A DNA stretch of 33,819 bases, from assembly GCA_900617105.1 (NCBI GenBank), contig UYFQ01000298.1, positions 1 to 33,819 on the forward strand, given 5' to 3'. Positions 21,459 through 32,300 of this stretch are shown here, piece by piece (within the stretch, counting starts at the first letter, position 1; each line of letters begins with the position of its first letter). A model generated the notes under the pieces. That model made no database searches. It saw only the letters and a list, made by a program, of their open reading frames with translations, and was not told where the DNA came from. This DNA comes from Hydrurus foetidus. Its lineage: Eukaryota. The translations under genes and the position numbers were made by a program.

Positions 21459-24260
21459 ATGAATTCATCGGGAATTAGTTTCGAAGCATTCCTTCAATCA
21501 GAAGGCATCTATGAGAAAACGATCGAAGAATTGTATGATTGTGAAATTATCTTCCTTGCACGTGAAAGCATTCATGTTGCATTCTTCGTACACTTTATGG
21601 CAGATGAAAAATCTTGGCTGGCATTTCAGAAGATTTTATTCGATCTCGTGTCATCATATCTTGAATCCTACAGCAAAAACGTCTCGTTGACCCAAGGTGA
21701 TATAGAGAAACGAATGAAATCTGGTAAAATTGTGGTTACTAAGTTTGAGCAAGACCGAAATGTTTCGCGCGGAATATATGAAAAAAAGTTTCTTCAGTTG
21801 CCCTTGATTAAGTCTCTATTTGATGAGCCGCAGAACGATGAAATCAATCGCAGTATTAATGAACAGGGCCGTTTACTTTTCTGCTATTTAGAAGACCTTT
21901 CCTAAAAAAACTTCTGGACTTGGCATCATCAAAACAAAGGACTGCATGTTGACAACTTTATCACTGAAAGGGCGTCTGACATAAACTTTGACTATTCGGA
22001 GACCATGTTGCATAAAGTTTACGATATTACGGGCTATTTATGTGGTCATCGGATTTATAACCTTATACATTTAAATAGATTGAGACAAGACTACGTTGAA
22101 ACTTTCCAGAATTACCGTATTTTAACCCTTCACGCAAACGGCAATGATGCTTTAGCTCATAATCTTCCGGTCTTATGTATTTCATTTCGTGAACATTCGG
22201 AGGGACTTTATTATTCCAAAGCTGATAATTTTAATTTTATAAAAATTGTTCAAGGCATTTGGATGCAGTCATTGACAACAGATGTTTCAATACTCTTCAA
22301 TGCATTCGAGCCAGTTAAGCGCGTACATAAAGTCATACTAAATTCAAAAAATGTTCAACTTGCATTCAAGAAATTTATGTTGCAGGATTTATTTAAGGAA
22401 AACATGAACCTTGCAGATGACGAGAATCCGATATCTTTTCTATTTCAGTTTATCATAAATGGATTTATTCGAACGCACGTAAGAGACATATATATATGTT
22501 ACGACTTTCTAATGCTCTACTTAGCAAAACAGGCGCCTCTGGTATTAGGACAAATTTGTCATCATTCAGTGCGAAATCAGTTGCACTCAAACAGAATACC
22601 AATAATGTTAAGCTTCTTACCAAAAATGTATCCAACGACTTAGTTAATAGTCAACAAGGTAATCGATCGTCATCCTCGTTATCCTGTCCTTGCGGGAAAG
22701 TTTTTGTACGCGCGTCATGGTTTGAGAGACATGCATTAAATTGCAATATATCTCGTAAGATTGTATCACCTTTAGATCAAGAATCCGCAATAATGGAAAA
22801 TTTGATTGGTATGAATTATTTTGATCAGACATTCCAGAAATTGGAAGGACACACAGCAACAGGATTAATCCAGATACAACTTATTTCAATAAAAAATTAT
22901 ATGTTAGTTTTTTTTTATTCTAGAGTATTTGGAATATTTAATTTTATCTAAGATTTCTAATGTGTTATTTATATTTCATTTGTCAACAGGTCCGAATGGT
23001 AAGCCTGGCAGGAGGTCAGCTAGACTACTGTGTTTATCAGTGTTTTAATACATCAATGACGTCTTTGGATATATATACAGCACTAAGAGAAGTATTGATT
23101 GCAACAGCAACATTACAATTCGACATTATAGCAATAATAGCTGATGGAGCACAGTGTAACCGACAGTTTCAAAAGAAATATTTCACCGATGGAAATAGCG
23201 ACTATTCACATATGAAGCACCCAATAACTCATCAGCCTATTTATTACATCTCTGATCCATCTCATATGATTAAAAAAATTGTATCGAGCTTATCCAGTAG
23301 AAATAGAAATATATTTAAAACTGTCGACAATAAAGACAGAAGGGTATCTCTAACAGTCATGTTCGAACTCTGGATGTCCTTTAATGATAATTTAGGATTG
23401 AATAGTTCAAATTATTCAAGACTATTGATTTTCTAAAGAATTCTTTCCAAGGTATGAGAGTTGGGCCTTGTATAAAAGTTCTGGGACCTAAAATGATTGA
23501 GATGATGATAGACTTAGCTTTACTATACAAAGAGGAATACAAAATTTTCAATAATAACAAAGAGAACGAAAATAAATTGAATCCTTACGAATTCTGCAAA
23601 GATGCAGACTTGTATTTAGGATGGCGTGAAGCATCGCAATATTTCACAAATCTTTTCAATATCTTAAATTCTACTAAAAATAGACTCAATACAACAAATT
23701 ATTCTGAAAATTATCAATTTCTAATAGAATTTCAAAAGTAGTTTACAAATTGGAAGATAGAATGCATCGACAGAAAAAAAAAGAATTGCCTGCAATTCAC
23801 ACAGCCTATGAAGGAATGACTGGATTCTGTACGGCAGAGGCAGCTGAGGATTGCCTATCTATGATTTAAAGTTTGAATAACAACACTGGTGACTATTTTT
23901 TCTTTCTACCCCGCCGCATAAGTCAAGACTTAGTTGAAAATGCTTTTTCAAAAATTCGAGTCGCGATAGGCCACGGTAGATTGGACCACATTACAACGTT
24001 TAATGTGTGTACAGAGGTAAGTATGATAAAGGAAGTTAAAATAAGTGAATGATCTTCAAAGAGAAGGAATGCAGTGGGTGGGCAAATTTAAAAAATTAAT
24101 TCAAATAAGGATTATTTATCTTATGATGACATGTAGAAAAAATAGCTTCAAAAATCGCAGTGTAATTTATGAAAATTCAAGTAAACTCCTTTGGAAAATT
24201 GTGAATGGTCTTAAAATGATAGAAAACAAAATGCAAAATTTAAGTCGTGATCACAATTAA
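21459..24260 (+). pseudogene. P-like transposase gene B: YxxGY-type domain, C2HC finger, then catalytic second half
   Basis: YDITGYL...EGLYY (22020-22215); CPCGKVF....FERH...C (~22685-22745); probable intron 22903-22989; IIADGAQCNR (D at 23143), YISDPSHMIKK, MRVGPCIKV, RRISQDLVENAFSKIR (E at 23936). Several frameshifts and stops. Confidence 0.8.
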
Positions 24261-25492
24261 AATCACATATGCATACATACAAAAAAAAAAAGCTAAATTC
24301 AAAAACGAGTGTGTACAACAGAGTAAAAAAAGTAGTCACATCAGTCGTATACGTTATCAACACGTAAATGAGAAATTAATGAGGCGTCAAATTCATTTTT
24401 CTTCTATCTTCATCTGTTTCTCTGCATTACGAAAAATAATTTCGCTATCCTTTCCAGGGTATTCACCCAATTCTTCAATGTCTATTTTCTTTCTTTGCAT
24501 CGTCAGACTTCAAATCATAAAAGTCTTGATAAATTTCGTTTTTAATTCCGTGAGGAGCAATTTCTGCTAATCCGAACACTCTACTCCTTGTAACAGAATA
24601 TATTATACCATTTGTAATAATCATATCATCTATAAGAAGTGCTGAATGTTCCTTACTAAGTTTACCATCTAATCTTGCAGATCTAGATGCCATCAATAGA
24701 TTATTCAGTTGGAGTCCAACCTCACAATTAAAATTTGATTTGTATCTATTATAATAAAAATTAGATTGATTATAAATGAAGGTTTTTAATTGATTTAAGA
24801 TGCATTCTTACTTTGTTAAGGTTGACCAACATGGTAAGGATCTAAGCGTGGCCTCCTTCTCGTAGTTTACTTTTCCTAGATTGTGTGCTAATTCCAGAGA
24901 GTAATTTAGGATTCTAGAAGACAACTTCACTGTTCGAATTCCTCTTTTGTTACCGATTTATTATAATTGCCTAATTGCGATGTTTCTGATCTAATTAATT
25001 CTTTGTGTAATAAGAATTTTTCAAAATCTCCTTCATGTTCTTTCTCTATAAGTTCATCTTTAAAAGTATAAAATTTAAACCATTTATCAGATTCCTGGTC
25101 ACTAATATTTATGAAGGCTTTTTTATCGTGCCCAACTTTACGCCATTGGGCAACTGCTGACTTCAGATCTTTGCATCAAGACTTCCAGTAAGAAACTTTT
25201 TTTCTTAACTTATTCATTATTTTCTTTTTTTCTATTAAGATCTTTTCATTTTCAACCGCTAATTGTTGGTTTTTCTTTTTCAATTCTTCAAAACTATTTG
25301 AACTTTTTTAAAGTGATTTATTATGTTCACTCAGTAAGACTTTTTTGTTTGGCTGCAAACCTGTAAAATTTCTCCAGAAAATTCTACAAGATGCACATAC
25401 TGATACATCACTGCTACCTGCATCGCATCGGATAAAGCATCCCCAATTCTGCATATGATATTCATTAAATTTGTCATTATTCTTGAATAATA

Positions 25493-26236
25493 CCAGTGCC
25501 GGTAATAACGCGGTTTCGGTAAAAACGCGGTTATTCGACCCGGCAGGTCCGATATCTCTCCAAATTCTTCATGAAAAAGTTTTTGTCAAACATTCTCACA
25601 GGTAATTCGATAGTTTTACATTCGCTTCGATTATTAAAGTTTTCTGAAATTGATGATTTCATCACGAGATCGACATTAGTCACTTCTGGCGATTCACCAA
25701 TGTCGGATATAGATGAAGCAAGAGTATGCTTTAGTTATTCTATCTTGTAGGCAGTAGTCATATTATTATGGACACGCGAGGGTTTCGTACAAATCGCGAT
25801 AGTCACTGAGATGCATCAGTTTCAGAGACCAAAAATGTGCCTTTTTAACGTATTCGGGATGCGATTTCCCAATATTTCGACGAAAAAGGCACATTTTTGG
25901 TCTCTGAAACTGATGCATCTCAGTGACTATCGCGATTTGTACGAAACCCTCGCGGATTCATAATAATATGACTACTGCCTACAAGATAGAATAACTAAAG
26001 CATACTCTTGCTTCATCTATATCCGACATTGGTGAATCGCCAGAAGTGACTAATGTCGATCTCGTGATGAAATCATCAATTTCAGAAAACTTTAATAATC
26101 GAAGCGAATGTAAAACTATCGAATTACCTGTGAGAATGTTTGACAAAAACTTTTTCATGAAGAATTTGGAGAGATATCGGACCTGCTGGGTCGAATAACC
26201 GCGTTTTTACCGAAACCGCGTTATTACCGGCACTGG
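25493..26236. mobile_element. Foldback element FB2 (744 bp, 354-bp inverted arms, 4-bp TSD AATA)
   Basis: CCAGTGCCGG...CCGGCACTGG; spacer 25847-25882; AATA at 25489-25492 and 26237-26240; removal with one TSD restores the gene A frame (SPSALLFKNND). Confidence 0.92.
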
Positions 26237-26549
26237 AATAGTGCACTTGGGCTCGCAGCAGCAACTATATATTCTAAAAATAATCTTTTTTTCATTCTTG
26301 GTAAGATAAAGCCAATGAAAGTACTATTTTTTTTAATCGTACTTGCATTATCAAGTAGTACACACAATTTTGTACAATAATTTGTATTTCGATTCTCGTC
26401 ATTAATTAATATATTTAAATTAGTCCGGCATTCTTCAAAGTGCCATATCTTTAAGGGAGATAAAAAAAATCCGGTGCACTTGGAAACCTAAAAAATAAAA
26501 ATAACATTATGAAACACCGATAATAACACGCAGAAACCATAAACAACAT

Positions 26550-28133
26550 AATAAGAAGTACACGCGCATCATTGATGTTCTGCTACAATGCACTTTACAT
26601 ATATATCTCGCACCTCATTTGATATCAAAGCTTGGTGAGGAGTGCTTGGGACCTCAGGGCTGACCCAAAAGTAGGGGGGAGAACGTACGTGTACCTACAG
26701 TATAATGCACTAGATGTAAGCTACTAGAAACACAATAAGAAGTACACGCGCATCATTGACGTTCTGATACAATGCACTTTACATATATATCTCGCACCTC
26801 ATTTGATATCAAAGCTTGGTGAGGAGTGCTTGGGACCTCAGGGCTGACCCAAAAGTAGGGGGGAGAACGTACGTGTACCTACAGTATAATGCACTAGATG
26901 TAAGCTACTAGAAACACAATAAGAAGTACACGCGCATCATTGACGTTCTGATACAATGCACTTTACATATATATCTCGCACCTCATTTGATATCAAAGCT
27001 TGGTGAGGAGTGCTTGGGACCTCAGGGCTGACCCAAAAGTAGGGGGGAGAACGTACGTGTACCTACAGTATAATGCACTAGATGTAAGCTACTAGAAACA
27101 CAATAAGAAGTACACGCGCATCATTGACGTTCTGATACAATGCACTTTACATATATATCTCGCACCTCATTTGATATCAAAGCTTGGTGAGGAGTGCTTG
27201 GGACCTCAGGGCTGACCCCAAAGTAGGGGGGAGAACGTACGTATACCTACAGTATAATGCACTAGATGTAAGCTACTAGAAACACAATAAGAAGTACACG
27301 CGCATCATTGACGTTCTGATACAATGCACTTTACATATATATCTCGCACCTCATTTGATATCAAAGCTTGGTGAGGAGTGCTTGGGACCTCAGGGCTGAC
27401 CCCAAAGTAGGGGGGAGAACGTACGTGTACCTACAGTATAATGCACTAGATGTAAGCTACTAGAAACACAATAAGAAGTACACGCGCATCATTGATGTTC
27501 TGCTACAATGCACTTTACATATATATCTCGCACCTCATTTGATATCAAAGCTTGGTGAGGAGTGCTTGGGACCTCAGGGCTGACCCAAAAGTAGGGGGGA
27601 GAACGTACGTGTACCTACAGTATAATGCACTAGATGTAAGCTACTAGAAACACAATAAGAAGTACACGCGCATCATTGACGTTCTGATACAATGCACTTT
27701 ACATATATATCTCGCACCTCATTTGATATCAAAGCTTGGTGAGGAGTGCTTGGGACCTCAGGGCTGACCCAAAAGTAGGGGGGAGAACGTACGTGTACCT
27801 ACAGTATAATGCACTAGATGTAAGCTACTAGAAACACAATAAGAAGTACACGCGCATCATTGACGTTCTGATACAATGCACTTTACATATATATCTCGCA
27901 CCTCATTTGATATCAAAGCTTGGTGAGGAGTGCTTGGGACCTCAGGGCTGACCCAAAAGTAGGGGGGAGAACGTACGTGTACCTACAGTATAATGCACTA
28001 GATGTAAGCTACTAGAAACACAATAAGAAGTACACGCGCATCATTGACGTTCTGATACAATGCACTTTACATATATATCTCGCACCTCATTTGATATCAA
28101 AGCTTGGTGAGGAGTGCTTGGAACCCCAGGGCT
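26550..28133 (-). repeat. 184-bp tandem array, 8.6 units; each unit is a 103-nt intron plus an 81-nt exon of gene A
   Basis: Unit starts 26551, 26735, 26919, 27103, 27287, 27471, 27655, 27839, 28023; only a few substitutions between units. Confidence 0.9.
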
Positions 28134-28890
28134 TCCTCTACTGCTCCCCACGTACTGTTTTCTTAAGTTCAAATCGACACCACAAAATTCGTGAATTTGG
28201 AATGTCTCCCCAGTCCGGTAAGTGATTTTTATCTGCCTACCCCTAACTAGATTTATCCTGCGAGAGGCCAAAACGTTGCTCACAGAGCTCTTTTTACAGA
28301 GGGTGCGAAGCGCCGAAATTATGACGTCATTCATCTCTGTATAACCTGAAGACTCTAGTAAGCCAGCTAAAACCTCTTCGCCAGGCACTCCTTTTTTTGT
28401 AGTTTTAGAACTAAGGAAAGAGTCTAGAGATTCTCTTAGAATCTCCAAGGCGTGAAAACCTGTGATCAGAGTCGACCTGGAATGCAGAAAAAGGTGAAGG
28501 TTAGAAAATTTTCATTTCCCGAGCGCATCTGCACCAAATTTGCTGGATGCAATAAATCATGTTGAAGTAATTGTACAAAAAAATGGTGCAGATGCGCTTC
28601 GAAGAGGAAAAATTTCTCAGTGATTGCACTCGGGTATAGGCACAACAAGAAAAAATTCTTGGATTAATGATGGACAGATGAAGATAAAACTCACATCACA
28701 GAATGCGCACGATATCAATCTGTCAGTCTGGGCGCCTAAAGTTCGAAAGGCGGACGACTTGATACTTTCTTATGTGATAACAGCAGGTGTACGCTGCTAG
28801 TGCTATCACTTGCCTGTTGGGTATTTAAAACTTGAGTGAAGTGTCGGTGAGAAAAGTCTGGGCGGGGCGGGAGCTTGTAAGTGCCCCCTC

Positions 28891-29098
28891 TGTAGTCCTG
28901 ATGGAGAAGAAGATGTGTAGGAGAGCGGGTTGTGCTTAGGTTACAGACTATGCTAGAAGCTAGGTAACTTCTACGAGTAGGCTGCAGCTAGCTAGCTAGT
29001 CGTGGTAGGGCTGTATATGTACTGTAGGCGGAAGGATCGGGTGGATCGTGACAAGGTCCGGTACGGCCCGTAGGCCCGGTATACCCGGTACGACCACA
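28891..29098 (-). repeat. 3' LTR of Gypsy A copy 2 (208 bp)
   Basis: Reverse complement is homologous to 2191-2397; TG..CA ends. Confidence 0.9.
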
Positions 29099-29382
29099 TT
29101 TCCCCCACTTATCTCTTTTTTGAAGAAATCTAATCTATGACGCGACCACCACGTTTAAAATATAATAACTAACAATAACTAAGGAAGGAAAAGAAAATCT
29201 AACAAAAACTAAAAATGAAAAATTTTATAAAGAATATTTACAAAATGGAAACTGTGGTGGGTCGGTCGGCGAGAATAGTGGTGCCTCGATACGTAATTAT
29301 GTCAGATTTTTAGTGACTAAAACCATGAAACCTCCATCGAGGGAAAATTTGGAAAAATCTTCAAAAGATAATACGTTCGAGA

Positions 29383-32300
29383 TCAGTCTTCTAAGACTGA
29401 TGCCTCAAGATTCTTGGGGATTAAATGTTTCATTTTATTGTCCCTCAAGTATTCATGGAGTGCTTCACAAAGCCGTAGGTTTTTCCACTGCTCCCATGAA
29501 TAATGAGTGTCATCATAATTAAGCCATTTGACTTTGAATGACATTGTCGTAGGCTTCTTTTTGTCACCTGAGTGACTAAGAACCTTTTCCACTACAAATT
29601 CCATGTAGTCACGACGAGCAGTGTCAGCAGGTACATCGACCTCTGAATCATAATTAAATTTTTTTAAATTTTTAATATGTACACTTCGCTCCTTGTGTGT
29701 GACAAGGTTTGCGAGGATATACTCGGACCCTTTGTAGGAAATAACACGGTACTGGCCATGCCACGTAGTGTGTAACCGAGTAGGCGGTCGATCTGTGTAA
29801 CGACATAAAACATATGTCCCTATAGGGAACACTGTCGCACACTTAGCTGATGCCGCGTGTTTAGCGTCTGCTGACACCAAAGCTTGAACAGCTGAATCAA
29901 GGACCTTGTCCTGAACGCTGATCAAGTCCTCAATGTATGTTGACCTAGAATGTGTATTCACACTTAAGTGTGGTGTTAAAATACCACGATTCAAGTCAAG
30001 CTTGTTTCCGAACAGTAAATGTGGGGGCGCAACTTTAGTGCGTCTATTAACTGAACTGTTAATGATGCGTTGCACAATTGGGATTGACTTAGCATGTCCC
30101 TCTAGGGTCTGTTTATCAAAAACACGACCTCTTAGGTGTCTATTTACCTCTTTGTTGACTCTCTCAACAATCGCATTTTCCTCTTTCGAGTATGCGAGGG
30201 TTAAATTATGTGGCGTACCACAAAGATCTAAAAAATCTTTTATTAAATCATTTGCGAAATGGGATCCTCGATCCGATCGTATCATGTTTGGCGAGCCGAA
30301 ACGGCCAAAATGAGAGAGTAGGCAGTCGGCCGCTGATTTTGCGTCTGCATTTGCACACCAAAATAGTTCAGTCCAACGTGTGAACGTGTCGATAATGACA
30401 AGGGTATAACCTTTGTCTGGGAATGGACCGATATAGTCAACATTCAGCGTATCGAAGATAGCATAATTCGACGTTGCAAAGTGAGTAGCATTGCTTTTGA
30501 CAACACGGACAGTTCTGTATGAACGTACGTACATGTTGTTTCATGTTTTTCCAAACTTGTTGTAGACTGAACAACCGAGTAAGGGTACGATCTACACCGT
30601 TGTGACCAACAAACGCATTGTGGCACATTTGGATGTATTCTAACTGATCGTCTGACGCTGGGTCGATAGCTGTCAAAGCTGACACAGTGACCGACGACGA
30701 CGAAGTTGGAAGTAATTCCAATTCCGTTATTCGTAACGGTAATGCGATTTCTGTCAAGTTAGGACATAATCGCGACAATGCGTCGGCTAAGGCATTTGAC
30801 GTGCCAGGTACGAAGACAACCGTAAAATGAAGTTCTTGCATAGCAATGAACCATCTTGCTACCATTGAGGTAGGGTTTTGTTTCATATACGTGATATTCA
30901 AATGATCAGTATAGATTGTGAATGTACGATCTCTGATTAAGTAATCGAGTTGTGTACAACAGTAGAATATAGCATACGCTTCTTTCTGTATAGTTGACCA
31001 CCGTATTTGTGTTGGTGTCAATGATTTGCTTATAAAAGCTATCGGTTGCCAAATGGTATCAACCACTTGGAAAAGGACACCGCCGATTCCAAATCAGACG
31101 CGTCTGTATATAATCGGATATCCAATTTATTGTCATCAATGAAGTACATTAATGGACAACGAGATATCGCGATCTGTGTATCGTGAAAGCTGTTGGTACT
31201 CGTTTGAGTCCATACAACGGCCGAACGTTTCGGTGCAGAATGATCTATCATATCTTGCATTGGTTTAACCAAAGTCGAATGCATAGGTACAAACTGTCGA
31301 AAATAGTTCGCTAATCCTAAGAATGATCTTAACAAAGTTAAGTTCTTAGGTATAGAAAAGTTTAATACTGTTTCTATTTTTTCTTTTGACATGGATAAAC
31401 CATCTTTGTCAACCACTCTGCCAACGTATTCAATACGAGGTAAACCAAAGCGGCATTTCTTTGCTTTGAGTCTAAGACCCTTAAGTCTGAATCTTTCAAA
31501 GACTTTATTCAAGTTCTTTAGAAACTCTGCTTCACCCTTGCCATATACTATGCAATCGTCGAGATACATCTCACAACAATGATAGATAAGGCCATAGAGG
31601 ACCGCCGTTACCATCTGCTCTTGAAAGTAAGAGGGGGCACGACACGGACCAAAGGGTAGTCTCGTGAACTGAAAAACCCCCGCAAAGCATATAAACGCTG
31701 TGAATATGCGGTGTGCGGGGTGTAACGGTGCTTGATGGTAACCCGCGGTTAAATCCATCACACCAAAAATATCCGGTTTTTTATTACCGATCCTCTCAAA
31801 AAGATGTTTGATATTCGGCAGGGGAAAAGAGGCGGGAGTCAGGCACTTATTAAGTGGCCGGTAATCGATGCAGGTTCGAAATTTACCGGGTGACTTAGTT
31901 ACGATTACAGGATGACTGTAATAAGCAGCATCTGACCGCTCTATAACCCCCGACGCAAGCATCTCATCGAGATTCTCCTTAAGAGCAACCTCCTTAGTCG
32001 ATGACTGGGGACGTACCGGCGTACGGTTTTCGTCTTTTTCCCACAACTCAAGGGGATGTTAATCTCAAAAGGTTTGAGTGACGCTGGTTTCTCAGCTAAC
32101 TGATCACTAAAAATGTCTGAATATTCAGAACAGAGCTCTCGGAGCTTCCTCTGAAAGCTTTCATCTCCCTCAAAGGTAATCTCGTTGAGGAAATCCTCTG
32201 GCCCTTTGGGCAAGTCATCTTGACTAGGTTTCTCAGCTAAGAAGGGTGCGAACGTGTCTATCTTGCCATCGTCAATCTCGTCAACTGAGAGTGCGACACC

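Larger units (their letters stand above)
24393..28480 (-). pseudogene. P-like transposase gene A: N-terminal region through the first catalytic Asp; multi-exon, interrupted by FB2
   Basis: Exon ending ...HQALISNE (28086), eight 81-nt exons, exon 26487-24812 (Cys cluster, coiled coil, LSSRILNYSL...YEKE...LPCWSTLTK), intron 24746-24811, exon YKSNF..EVG...SALLIDDMIITNGIIYS...VFGLAE. 5' start not resolved. Confidence 0.75.
21214..28890. mobile_element. Decayed P-superfamily (THAP9-like) DNA transposon with two convergent genes; ends tentative
   Basis: P-type transposase motifs on both strands; weak terminal inverted similarity CAGAGGGattctcACActggTCCCGCC (21214) vs GAGGGggcacttACAagcTCCCGCC (reverse complement from 28890). 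TSD not checkable because the right end abuts a Gypsy LTR. Confidence 0.6.

Noticed and set aside
26550..28133. CRISPR-like repeat/spacer appearance
   Set aside because: Whole units are near-identical, there are no unique spacers or cas genes, and the context is eukaryotic.
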